The notes beneath the pieces are model-generated. The model saw only the letters and a program-made list of their open reading frames with translations, was not told the DNA's origin and searched no databases. The position numbers and the translations under genes are program-made. From assembly GCA_031409275.1 (NCBI GenBank), contig JANNXA010000043.1, forward strand, positions 1 through 64,000: 64,000 bases of DNA. Direction: 5' to 3'. Shown here in pieces: positions 1 through 9,291 of the stretch (position 1 is the first letter of the stretch; each line of letters starts with the position of its first letter). The stretch comes from Planctomycetota bacterium. GTDB taxonomy: Bacteria > Planctomycetota > B15-G4 > SIAN01.

Positions 1-203
1 ATGCCGCGATCGCAGATCCGCGACCTGTTCGCGCCTTACCGACCACGGGACCCTCGCTCGCTCTGCCATTGGGAAGTCTCCAGACGGAGACGATCGACCA
101 GGCTCGGCGACGAGGCAAGGCGGGGTTCACGTGACGCGTACTCTGGGACAAGCAGGACGGGAACACGCACTTCGGCCCCGGCCCTTGGGATCAGCGCTTC
201 TCG

Positions 204-1679
204 GTGGGTGCTCCCGAGGCGAGTCCGCCCCAGTTCGACAACTACTCGATCGTGATTCCAACAGGGCTTGGCGACCTCTTCTGCGCGGGGCATGTCTGGA
301 TGCCGGATGGCCGCCTCTTCGTCGCCGGCGGAACGATCAAGTACCCCGACCCGAACCCGTTCGGTCCGCAGAACTACTTGGGCAGCGCTTTCGCCGGGAT
401 CTGGGACCCGGCGTTGGTCAACGCCGCCAACAACTCGGGTTGGACCTACGTCCAGCCCATGGCGCTCCCGCGTTGGTATCCGACGGTGACGCTGTTGGGC
501 AACAACACGATCATGGTCTCGGGTGGCGTGGTCGACACGTTCAACGCTCGCTGCATGGCCCTTCCGCCACCGAACGGAAACCTCGATCCGGCAGCGGACA
601 CGTACGAAGTGTGGGACATCGCGACTGCCAGTTGGCTGCCGGGGCCGATTTCTCCGGGCGTGCATCAGGGGCCAGAGTACGCCAACCAGAGCACCGCATG
701 CTACAGCTTGTTCGGTGAGTATCCGCGGCAGCATCTGCTCTCCTCCGGCCATCTCTTCGTTGCGGGGATGTACACCGGCGGCAACCGCGTGCATCCCACG
801 AACCACGGGGCATGGCTGCCGACTGGAAGCATCCTGAACAACGGACTGTTCCGGAATTACGGGTCATCGGTCCTCATGCCCAACGTTGGACGGCGTCCGA
901 ACAGTCAAGACAAGGTCATGATCCTCGGCGGAAGCAGCGGTGCGTCACCGAATGCCAGCTCCAGTGTCCAAGTCTGCAACGCCTTCAGCGGCACTGGAAG
1001 TTCGGCGTGGACACTTCTTCCTCCGCTGACCGTTGGCCGAATGGTCGCGAATGCAGTCCTGCTTCCCGATGGGGCGGTCCTCGTGATCGGAGGTAGTACC
1101 ACAGGATCCAGTTATTTCAGCGCGCCTTCGTTTGCTGTCGCGGAGTTCAGGCCCGAGATCTACCGAAGGTCAGTGAATCAGTGGATTCTTCAGGATCCGC
1201 AAGATTCGAAGCGCATGTACCACTCGACAGCAGCCTTGCTACCGAGCGGGGTGATCGTCTCTGCCGGTGGTGATGTCCGATCGTCGGACTACGAGGTCTT
1301 CACTCCCGACTATCTGGATGGTGTAACGGCTCTGACGAGACCCGTGTTCTCTGCCACGAGCAGCGGGCCGTTCTTGGCGTTCGACAGCATCTACGGGATC
1401 CCTTACGCCCCGTTGCCGATCGGCATGTCGGTGGACCGCGTCGTGCTGATGCGTCCTTGCTCCATCACTCACCACAGCGACATGGACCAGCGTTATGTCG
1501 AGCTGGAGGAGCCGCTGATCACAGCTCCACCGAACACCATCATGATCAAGACGCCTCCGACGCCGAACCCGACCGGCACCTCGCAAGGCTCAGTCGTGGC
1601 GCCGCCGGGGTGGTACATGATGTTCCTCATCAGCAATACGGGCGTGCCGTCAGTCGCCAAGTGGATCCATCTCCAGTGA
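204..1679 (+). CDS. Galactose/glyoxal oxidase-like copper radical oxidase (AA5, Kelch propeller + DUF1929); apparently 5'-truncated
   Basis: Motifs DLFCAGH (Cys), RWYPT (Tyr), RMYHS (Tyr/His) and SITHH (His), plus C-terminal PPGWYMMFL...GVPSVAKW. The frame is open back to 135 (RVLWDKQD...), preceded by TGA at 132-134, and has no signal peptide. Confidence 0.8.
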   Translation: MGAPEASPPQFDNYSIVIPTGLGDLFCAGHVWMPDGRLFVAGGTIKYPDPNPFGPQNYLGSAFAGIWDPALVNAANNSGWTYVQPMALPRWYPTVTLLGNNTIMVSGGVVDTFNARCMALPPPNGNLDPAADTYEVWDIATASWLPGPISPGVHQGPEYANQSTACYSLFGEYPRQHLLSSGHLFVAGMYTGGNRVHPTNHGAWLPTGSILNNGLFRNYGSSVLMPNVGRRPNSQDKVMILGGSSGASPNASSSVQVCNAFSGTGSSAWTLLPPLTVGRMVANAVLLPDGAVLVIGGSTTGSSYFSAPSFAVAEFRPEIYRRSVNQWILQDPQDSKRMYHSTAALLPSGVIVSAGGDVRSSDYEVFTPDYLDGVTALTRPVFSATSSGPFLAFDSIYGIPYAPLPIGMSVDRVVLMRPCSITHHSDMDQRYVELEEPLITAPPNTIMIKTPPTPNPTGTSQGSVVAPPGWYMMFLISNTGVPSVAKWIHLQ

Positions 1680-2094
1680 TCAGCGCAAACGCGTCTTGCG
1701 ATCCGGCGTGGGCGATGGCCGCGCTTCGACGTCCCGCATGGTCGGCGCTTCCGCGCCGCTCGTGACGCCTGCTTCGCCGCGTCCACCGCATTCGGCGGTC
1801 GTTCCGGTCGCGCCATTCAGTACCCATCGCACCACGGAACGGCTTCCAGCGGAGGCTGCGGTCGATGTCGTGGCGCGGCAGCGCCGAAGCGGACAGGTTG
1901 CGGGAGGCAACCGACCTGCGGCGCCTTTTCGGGACGTCGAGCCGTTCGCGCGGGCGCGCACCGCCTGGCGCCAGGCCTGCGTCACGTTCCCTTGCAAAGA
2001 AGGGCTGTAACGCTCGGCGCGAGAAGCGGGTGTTACGAGCGCCGGCGATGTTCGTCGGCACCAACGCGACTACCCCTTCCGACGAGGTCCCCCG

Positions 2095-3783
2095 ATGAAC
2101 TCGCGCCTTTCCTCCTCCTCTTTCTGCTCGCTCGCCGCATGGCTGCTCGCCGGCGCCGCCGCGAACGGTCAGATCGACACCGCCAGCTACTGGAACCCAG
2201 GCGACGGTCGCTTCGGGCAGTTCATCGCCGACCTCGGCGACGTGAACGGTGACGGCACCAGCGAGCTCTTCATCGGCGAGCCGGAGGCCGATCCCACCGG
2301 CGTGAGCAACGGTGGCCGCGCCTTCGTGATCGAGCCCAACAAGCTCTTCTATTGGATCCACTACCTCGAGGGCACTCAGGTCGACGCCGGGTTCGGCAGC
2401 GCGGCGTGCAAGCTCGGTGACGTCGACGGCGACGGCTACGGCGACTTCGCGATCAGCGCTCCCTTCTGGAACACGGCCGCGCACGCCGATGCCGGCCGGA
2501 TCGTCGCCTACAGCGGCAAGAGCGGCAGCGTGATGTGGACGTTCGATGGCGGTGGCACCGACGAGGAGCTCGGCACCGCGCTGGCGTGGCTCGGCGACGT
2601 CGACGGCGACGGGATCGACGAGTTCGCCGCCACGCGGCCGAACAACGGCGAGGTGCTGGTCCTCGACGGCAACGGCGACAAGAAGTACGCGATCATCCGC
2701 GGCCCGAACGTCGAGTTCGCCGCCGCCATCGCGCGCTGCGACGACCTCGATGGCGACGGCCGCGCCGACCTGATCGTCGGCGAGCCCGGCTACGACCAGT
2801 TCTTCCCGCCGCTGCTCGACTGCGGGCGCGCGGTGGTCTACTCGGGCGTCGACGGCACGCAGCTGACCCACGTCACCGGCTCGTTCGCCGGCGAGCGGCT
2901 CGGCACCTCGGTGTCGGGCTGCGGCGACGTCGACGGCGACAAGTACGGCGACTTCCTCACCGGCGCGATGGAGACCGACAAGGGCTACACCGACAACGGC
3001 TCGGTGTCGCTCTGGAGCGGCGCCACCTTCACGACGCTGCTCAAGATCTACGGCGAGGACGACGGCGATCGCCTCGGCCTGCGCGTGGTTGGCCTCGGCG
3101 ACTTCGACGGTGACGGCATCGAGGACATCGCGGCGTCCGCGAAGGACGGCGGCGCCGACGAGGTCGGACTCGTCGGTGTCTGGTCGGGCGCGGACGGCCA
3201 CGAGCTCTACCGATGGGAGGGCACGGACAGCACGGGAGCGCGCTTCTATGCCGAGATGGGTGCCGGACTGTGCGCAGGCGACTGGAATGGCGATTCGTTC
3301 GCCGACCTCGCCTGGGGCGACCCCGAGTACGCCTTCTATCCGTACGGTTCGCTCGAGATCACCGGCGTCTGCAACACCTTCATCGGAGCGCCCGCCGCTG
3401 CAGAGAACTACGGCGCCGGTTGGCCGGGTCGCTTCGGCGTGCCGTCGCTCACCGCGCTGAACGAGCCGGTGATCGGTTCGCCGATCAGCGTGACCGTCGG
3501 CAACTCGCTCGGTGCGCCGACGCTGGCGCTGCTGATGCTCGGCAGCCAGTCGGCCAGCATCCCGACTTCGAAGGGCGGCACGATCCTCTGCACCGATGAC
3601 CTGACCAGCTTCATCTTCTCGCTCGATGCCGCCGGCACCACGTTCACCGAGGACGTGCCGTGGGACTACTCGCTGGCGACGGTGGAGTTCTTCGTGCAGG
3701 TGCTCGAGGCCGACCCGTACGCCTCGAAGAAGCTTTCCTTCACGCCGGGACTCAAGCTGCGCATTGGCATCGACCTGCCGTGA
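2095..3783 (+). CDS. Secreted FG-GAP/integrin-alpha repeat protein
   Basis: Signal peptide and repeated GDVDGDG/GDFDGDG motifs with FG-GAP spacing, plus a C-terminal extension. Confidence 0.85.
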   Translation: MNSRLSSSSFCSLAAWLLAGAAANGQIDTASYWNPGDGRFGQFIADLGDVNGDGTSELFIGEPEADPTGVSNGGRAFVIEPNKLFYWIHYLEGTQVDAGFGSAACKLGDVDGDGYGDFAISAPFWNTAAHADAGRIVAYSGKSGSVMWTFDGGGTDEELGTALAWLGDVDGDGIDEFAATRPNNGEVLVLDGNGDKKYAIIRGPNVEFAAAIARCDDLDGDGRADLIVGEPGYDQFFPPLLDCGRAVVYSGVDGTQLTHVTGSFAGERLGTSVSGCGDVDGDKYGDFLTGAMETDKGYTDNGSVSLWSGATFTTLLKIYGEDDGDRLGLRVVGLGDFDGDGIEDIAASAKDGGADEVGLVGVWSGADGHELYRWEGTDSTGARFYAEMGAGLCAGDWNGDSFADLAWGDPEYAFYPYGSLEITGVCNTFIGAPAAAENYGAGWPGRFGVPSLTALNEPVIGSPISVTVGNSLGAPTLALLMLGSQSASIPTSKGGTILCTDDLTSFIFSLDAAGTTFTEDVPWDYSLATVEFFVQVLEADPYASKKLSFTPGLKLRIGIDLP

Positions 3784-3836
3784 TCGAACGATCTTGATCG
3801 AATGACGTTGATCGAACGTAGTTGACCGAACCGGCC
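3781..3836 (+). repeat. Four degenerate 14-nt tandem repeats (TGATCGAA-N5-T) starting at the FG-GAP stop codon
   Basis: tgatcgaacgatct / tgatcgaatgacgt / tgatcgaacgtagt / tgaccgaaccggcc. Confidence 0.8.
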
Positions 3837-3902
3837 GGGTGGCGCCACGAGCTCTCACCGCTCGTCGCGCTGCCCGGCCGGCGTCGTGACTTCGAGCGCC
3901 GA

Positions 3903-5519
3903 TCAGAACTTCACGCGCGCCTGCGCTTCCGCCAGCCGACGTTTGGCGGCCGGCGATTGCGGGAAGAGCTCGACGTTGCGCTGCAGCACCTCGACGGCGA
4001 ACTGCGGCAGGCGGGCGCTCAGGTAGACCTGCCCGACGGAGGTGAGGAACGCCTCGTCGATCGGCGGCGGCGCGCCCTCGGCCTCGAGCCGTGACGCTTC
4101 GCGCACCGCATCGAGCAGCATCCTCGGCGACTCGGGATTCACCAGGGTTGCCAGCTTCGCTTCGCGCGCGCAGCCCGCCTGACGTTGCGCCAGCAGCGCG
4201 TCGAGCATCGCGCGAGTGCGCCAGGTTCCGTGGCTCATCACGCCGACGATGCGACGGACGGCGGCGACGTCCGCCAGCGGATCAGCGTCGAGCAGCAGCA
4301 AGTCCGCTGCGCCATCCACGGCGATGCGGCCGATCGGCGGTGAGGTCCCCAGGAAGTCGCCGTTGTGCACGGTCGCCGCGGCAAGCGCCTGCCACGGCGT
4401 GAAGCCGGAGTCGACGAGGTTCTCGAGCTCGCGGCCGACGGCGTAGCCCGGCACGACGACCGGGATCATGCAATCGGTGCCGAGCAGGATCGAGACGCCT
4501 GCTTCGTGCAGCGCGCGCACGAGTCGGGTCTGGAACTCGCGGCTCGTGCGCAGAGCCGCTGCGTCGTTCTTGCTGAAGCGCTGCACGTAGTCGTTGAAGG
4601 GCGGTGAGAAGAGGCGGCGCGCCAGCGGCGGCAGGTAGGCAACCTGCGGGCGTGCCAGGACCGCCGCGAGGTCGTCGATCTGCGGCGCGATGTTCTCGAA
4701 GGCGACCAGCGTCGCTGTCACGCGCACGCCGCTCGATTTCACCAACGCGACGCACGCATCGATCGCGCGCGGGTCGTTGTGGTTGCCGAGCGGATCGAAG
4801 TGGGAGTAGAGCAGCTCCTCGACGTGCGAGATCTCGCTCAAGCCGCCGATCGCGAGCACGGTCGACAGCAGCAGGCCGCGCGGCACATGGCCGACCACCG
4901 GCAGGCCGACCTCCTCCGCGACGGCGACGAGGCGCTCGTAGCTCTCCTCCTGCAGTCGGCCGTGGATCTTGATGCAGTCGTAGCCCAGATCCGCCTGTTC
5001 GCGCACCGCCGCCTCGACCTCGTCGGGCGTGCGCGCGTCGGGCTCATTCACGTAGGGCCCGGCGGTCAGCAGGCGCGGGCCGATCCGCTCGCCGCGGCGC
5101 AGTTCCTCACGTAGCTCGAGATGCCACGGCGTCCCCTTCAGATTGCGGACCGTGGTCACGCCGAAGGCCAGGTGGAGCGGCAGGTCGCGTTCATCGAAGA
5201 GGTGGACGTGGTTGTCGATCAGGCCGGGCAGCAGCCAACGGCCCGCGCCTTCGATGCGCAGCGCGTCCGCTGGCACGGCAACTGCATCGTCAGCGGTCGT
5301 CGTCCCGCTGCTCCGACTCGGGCCGACGGCGACGATGCGATCGCCGCTCACGATCACCGTCTGGTGCGGCGGCGCGCCTTCGCGGTCCATCGGCAGCAGC
5401 GTGACGTCGACGAAGGCGATCGTCGGAGGCATCGGACGGGCGATGGGAGTGGCATCCTGCGCGGCGCCGGGTGTGGATCCGACGAGCGCCGCGAAGAGCC
5501 GTACACGGAGGGTGGTCAT
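3903..5519 (-). CDS. Metal-dependent amidohydrolase family protein with C-terminal TPR-like tail
   Basis: LLPGLIDNHVH, GVTTVRN, GYDCIKIH, VVGHVP, LLGTD and ADLLLLDADPL motifs. The start is uncertain (5519 or 5432). Confidence 0.85.
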   Translation of the reverse strand: MTTLRVRLFAALVGSTPGAAQDATPIARPMPPTIAFVDVTLLPMDREGAPPHQTVIVSGDRIVAVGPSRSSGTTTADDAVAVPADALRIEGAGRWLLPGLIDNHVHLFDERDLPLHLAFGVTTVRNLKGTPWHLELREELRRGERIGPRLLTAGPYVNEPDARTPDEVEAAVREQADLGYDCIKIHGRLQEESYERLVAVAEEVGLPVVGHVPRGLLLSTVLAIGGLSEISHVEELLYSHFDPLGNHNDPRAIDACVALVKSSGVRVTATLVAFENIAPQIDDLAAVLARPQVAYLPPLARRLFSPPFNDYVQRFSKNDAAALRTSREFQTRLVRALHEAGVSILLGTDCMIPVVVPGYAVGRELENLVDSGFTPWQALAAATVHNGDFLGTSPPIGRIAVDGAADLLLLDADPLADVAAVRRIVGVMSHGTWRTRAMLDALLAQRQAGCAREAKLATLVNPESPRMLLDAVREASRLEAEGAPPPIDEAFLTSVGQVYLSARLPQFAVEVLQRNVELFPQSPAAKRRLAEAQARVKF

Positions 5520-7080
5520 GAAGTGCGTACTCCGACGGGCGATCGAGGCAACGGCTGCCTTGGCGGTTGCAACTCTTTGCGGCTGCGCGACCGGCGATCG
5601 GTTGCTGCGCCTGTCGCCGTTCGATGACTCCGAACCGCCAGATCCCGATCGCGTCAACCTGTGGCCGTTCTGGTACGCCGATGGGGCGCGCGGCGCCGCG
5701 GCGTGGCCGCTCTTCGACTGGGACGACCACGGCTTTGCGGCGCGACCGTTCGTCTGCCGGGACGACGACGACCTCGACCTGCTGTGGCCGCTCGCCCACG
5801 TCGACTTGAACGATGGCGACTTCTGGGCGCTGACGGCTTACAGCGATGGCGACCTGCACGGCCTCTTTCCGCTGGTCGGCTGGGGAACACTCGCCTACGT
5901 CGGGCCGCTCTGGTGGACCTACGATCGCAAGGACTCCTACGAGCTCGACGGCTTCGGCCTCTTCCCGCTCGTCTGGCGCGATCGCGATGACGATTCGACG
6001 GTGGTCTTCCCGCTGTGGTGGGAGTTCGGCGATGCCGAACAGGGCGAGCACTCGCAGACCTTCTTTCCCCTGTGGCATTACGCGGCCGATGGCGACCGTC
6101 GGCGCCTGATCACGCCGCTGGGCGGGCGCGGCTGGAGCAGCGATGGCTCCACGCGCTTCGTCAACGTCCTCGGCCCGATCTACCACCGCAGCGCCGCCGG
6201 CGACGATTCCTACACCGCGGTCGCCTGGCCGCTGTTCACGGCGGAGCGCCACGCCGAGTCGTCGCAGACGAGCCTGTTTCCGTTCTGGTCGCACGAAGAG
6301 GTGACCACGGAAGGGCGAGAGAGCGAATCGACCGAGCTGCTGCTCGGCGCGATGCGCCACGCGCATGACTCGGAAGGCGATGCGTGGCGCGCCTGGCCGC
6401 TCTTCGCGACGACGAGCCATCCGGACCAGGAGCAGTGGATCGACCTCTTCGCGCTCTATGGCCATCAGAAGCATGGCGAAGGCGCCACGCTGCAACTGGG
6501 CACGGCACTGCTCTTCCAGCTCGAGCACCAGGAGGCGCCGCAGCGCGACGACACCTCGTGGGAGGCGCACGTCGCGACGTTCCTCTCGTTCGGCCACGAT
6601 GCCTCGCCGCCGTTGCGCGCCGACCTCCTCGAGGAAGTGAAGGAGAGTGCACCCGAGGCTCGCCTCACCCGCAACCATGTCGGCTTCCTCTTCGACTGGT
6701 TTCTCTGGTCCGCGACGGAGCAGTCGAGCGAGTCGACGCCCTCTGCCACCGTCGCGCGCCACGTCCGCGTGCCGCTCCTCTTCGAGTACGAGCGCGACCT
6801 GAAGGAGCGCGAGTGGGATGCGCTCCTGTGGTGCGTTCACGAGACGGAGAGGCGCGACGAGGAGCGCTTCGTCGCGGGCTGGGGGCTCTATCGCAGCGTC
6901 GAGCGCGCCGACTCGGTTTCGCGCGACGTCTTCCCGTTCATGACCTACGACCGCGATCCGCAGCGCACCGCGTTCTCGTTCCTCTGGCGTTTGTGGCGCT
7001 ACGAGCGGCGCGGCGACCAGACCGCCGGCCACCTCTTCTTCATCCCGTGGGGCGACGACTTCGAAGATGGTTCGCTTTGA
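5518..7080 (+). CDS. Lipoprotein of unknown function with repeated (L/A)WP / (L/F)FP aromatic motifs
   Basis: MKCVLRR...VATLCGC lipobox and many LWPF/LFPL/FPLW repeats. Confidence 0.7.
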   Translation: MKCVLRRAIEATAALAVATLCGCATGDRLLRLSPFDDSEPPDPDRVNLWPFWYADGARGAAAWPLFDWDDHGFAARPFVCRDDDDLDLLWPLAHVDLNDGDFWALTAYSDGDLHGLFPLVGWGTLAYVGPLWWTYDRKDSYELDGFGLFPLVWRDRDDDSTVVFPLWWEFGDAEQGEHSQTFFPLWHYAADGDRRRLITPLGGRGWSSDGSTRFVNVLGPIYHRSAAGDDSYTAVAWPLFTAERHAESSQTSLFPFWSHEEVTTEGRESESTELLLGAMRHAHDSEGDAWRAWPLFATTSHPDQEQWIDLFALYGHQKHGEGATLQLGTALLFQLEHQEAPQRDDTSWEAHVATFLSFGHDASPPLRADLLEEVKESAPEARLTRNHVGFLFDWFLWSATEQSSESTPSATVARHVRVPLLFEYERDLKEREWDALLWCVHETERRDEERFVAGWGLYRSVERADSVSRDVFPFMTYDRDPQRTAFSFLWRLWRYERRGDQTAGHLFFIPWGDDFEDGSL

Positions 7081-7115
7081 CGAACCATCGGGGGGGGCCT
7101 AAGACCCGCGCCACC

Positions 7116-7643
7116 ATGACGAACGGCGACGCCTCCTCGATGCGCGTGCTCTCGATCCAGAAGAGCTACCCGCAGATCTACTTCGCCTGTCACGTTGACC
7201 ACGTGCGGCGGCGCGATTCATCGCATCCGCTCTCGGCCGCCGACGGCAGCGTCCTTTCGCATCTCGACGCGCGGGTCGGGGTGCGGCCAGGCGAGCTCGC
7301 GGCCCATCTCGGCATTTCCGACTCCGCCTTCTCCGCGACGCTGGCTCGGTTGACGCGGCTCGGTTTCATCGAGCGCGCGCGCAGCAGCGTCGATCGCCGT
7401 GCGGTCGAGCTGCGTCTGACCGGACTTGGCATCGCGGCGCTGCAGGCGAGCTCGGTCCTCGACACGACCCGCGTCGGCGCGCTGCTCGCGAGGCTGACGC
7501 CAGCCGAGCAGAAGGCGGCCATCCGCGGAATCGAACTGCTGGTCGATGGGGCGCGAAGGCTGCTTGACGAGGAAGGCTGCGCCACGCGCTGGAAGCGTCG
7601 ACAGCGGCGACGCAAGGGAACGGCGACGAGGAGCGGACGATGA
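7116..7643 (+). CDS. MarR family transcriptional regulator
   Basis: ELAAHLGISDSAFSATLARLTRLGFIER...DRRAVELRLTGLG winged helix. Confidence 0.85.
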   Translation: MTNGDASSMRVLSIQKSYPQIYFACHVDHVRRRDSSHPLSAADGSVLSHLDARVGVRPGELAAHLGISDSAFSATLARLTRLGFIERARSSVDRRAVELRLTGLGIAALQASSVLDTTRVGALLARLTPAEQKAAIRGIELLVDGARRLLDEEGCATRWKRRQRRRKGTATRSGR

Positions 7644-8167
7644 CCTGGCTCAAGGTGGGTGGCGGAATCATCGGGGCGTTGCTGCTGCTCTTGGTGATCT
7701 CGGGAGCGTTGGCGGCGAAGAGCCACGTGGCGAGCGTGAAGGCGACGTTCGCGAAGCCGGCGGCCGAGCTCTGGCAACGCATCACCGATCACGCCAACCA
7801 GCCGAAATGGCGCAAGGAACTGAAGTCACTGGTGATGCTGCCGCCGCGCGATGGCAAGACCGCATTCGAGGAGGAGAGCGACTTCGGCAAGGTGCAGTTC
7901 GTCGTGGACGAGGCGGTGGCTCCGTCGCGCTACGTCACTCGCATCACGAGCGAAGGGCTCGGTTACCGCGGTCGTTGGATCTTCGACCTCGCGCCCGCCG
8001 GCGCCACGACGACCCTCTCCATCACCGAAGAGGGCGAGGTGACCAGCTTCTTCTTCCGCGCCCTCTCGCCGCTCTTCTCGAAGACGCAGACGATCGAGAA
8101 GTACCTCGCCGCGCTGGCGACCGAGCTTGGCGTGAGCACGACGCCGGAGATCGTGCGCGCGAAGTAG
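7640..8167 (+). CDS. SRPBCC/polyketide-cyclase family protein with N-terminal membrane anchor
   Basis: LWQRITDHANQPKWR...GRWIFDL...TTLSITEEG; ATGA overlap with the MarR gene. Confidence 0.75.
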   Translation: MTWLKVGGGIIGALLLLLVISGALAAKSHVASVKATFAKPAAELWQRITDHANQPKWRKELKSLVMLPPRDGKTAFEEESDFGKVQFVVDEAVAPSRYVTRITSEGLGYRGRWIFDLAPAGATTTLSITEEGEVTSFFFRALSPLFSKTQTIEKYLAALATELGVSTTPEIVRAK

Positions 8168-8184
8168 GGCGACGCCGCGGCCCT

Positions 8185-8280
8185 CCGCTACTCGCCCCCC
8201 GCGCTACCCGCCCCCCGCGCTACCCGCCCCCCGCGCTACCCGCCCCCCGCGCTACTCGCCCCCCGCGCTACTCGCCCCCC
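8185..8280 (-). repeat. Six 16-nt tandem repeats GGGGGGCG(A/G)GTAGCGC containing the Fpg stop codon
   Basis: Plus-strand unit gcgcta(c/t variant)cgcccccc at 8185, 8201, 8217, 8233, 8249 and 8265; lies between convergent genes. Confidence 0.9.
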
Positions 8281-9242
8281 TTCATCGCCTCCCACTCTTC
8301 GAGGCTCCGCGGCCAGTCGTCCTTCAGGAGCCGCGACAGCGCGCGATCGGCCAGCACCTTGCCGCCCGTCTGGCAGCGGGCGCAGTAGTTGGTCTCGTGG
8401 TCGGCGCGGACGATTCGCTGGACGGGCGATTGGCAGGCTGGACACGGTTCGCCGTAGCGGCCGTGCACGGCCATGTCGGGGCGAAACGCCGTGACCTTGT
8501 CGGGCCAGCGATCGCCGGTTTGCGTTCGCAGCCGCGTACACCAATCCGCCAGCGTGACGCGCGTGGCGGCGTGCAATCGCACGAGGGACTCCTCGTCGAG
8601 GCGCGACGTCCACACGTAGGGCGACAACTGCGCGCGCCAGAGGATCTCGTCCGAGTAGGCGTTGCCGATGCCGCTGAAGGCGCGCGGGTCGGTCAGCGCT
8701 CGCTTCAGCGTGTGGTTCTCGCGGGTCAGCGCGGCGCGGAAGGTCGCGACGTCGGCGGTCAGCGGATCCATGCCGCCCGGATCGTGGGCCGCCAGCGCGG
8801 CGCGCCCGGCGACGACGTGCAGTGCGGCGCGCTTCTTGGTCCCCGCCTCGGTGAGCGTGAGCGTTGCCTCGCCGTTGTTTTGCTCGCCGAACGCGAAGTG
8901 CGCCAGCACGTGGCGGCCCGCCTTCACCTTGGCGCCCGCTTCCGCCCACTGAAGCCGCCCCGCGATCATGAGGTGGAGCACCAGGAAGAGCGGCTCGTCG
9001 GTGTGGCGAGCGTTCCCGTCCGCACCGCGGTTCTCGCCGCCGCTCTCGCCGCCCAGCTCGAAGACGATTCGCTTGCCGAGCCGCGCCAGACCGACCACCG
9101 GTCGTCCCACGACCGCGCGCAGTGGCGGCACGACGGAACGCAACAGGAACGGCGTCAGCAGCTTGACGCTGGTCAGCGTCTTGCCGACGACGCGCGGCGC
9201 CAGCGCGTGCAGATAGAGCTCGACGTCGGGGAGTTCGGGCAT
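8268..9242 (-). CDS. Fpg/Nei family DNA glycosylase/AP lyase
   Basis: N-terminal MPELPDVE, HLMIAG, GIGNAYSDEIL (H2TH) and C-terminal CPAC...CARCQ zinc finger. Confidence 0.92.
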   Translation of the reverse strand: MPELPDVELYLHALAPRVVGKTLTSVKLLTPFLLRSVVPPLRAVVGRPVVGLARLGKRIVFELGGESGGENRGADGNARHTDEPLFLVLHLMIAGRLQWAEAGAKVKAGRHVLAHFAFGEQNNGEATLTLTEAGTKKRAALHVVAGRAALAAHDPGGMDPLTADVATFRAALTRENHTLKRALTDPRAFSGIGNAYSDEILWRAQLSPYVWTSRLDEESLVRLHAATRVTLADWCTRLRTQTGDRWPDKVTAFRPDMAVHGRYGEPCPACQSPVQRIVRADHETNYCARCQTGGKVLADRALSRLLKDDWPRSLEEWEAMKGGE

Positions 9243-9291
9243 CGGGGCGCGAGCGTAGCCTTGGCGCTCGGTTGCGGGTGGAGTCCGGAGG

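Noticed and set aside
132..134. TGA upstream of the galactose-oxidase frame as a third Sec codon
   Set aside because: The upstream in-frame translation is not protein-like, there is no redox motif, and no CGUG hairpin follows.
2006..2036. TGTAAC...GTTAC upstream of the FG-GAP gene as an ECF promoter or operator
   Set aside because: Plausible, but a single short instance cannot be supported.
7090..7097. G8 tract upstream of the MarR gene as a phase-variation site
   Set aside because: Short homopolymer in GC-rich DNA with no supporting context.
3781..8280. Short repeat arrays as CRISPR
   Set aside because: Units are 14-16 nt with no spacer-sized unique sequence, and there are no cas genes.
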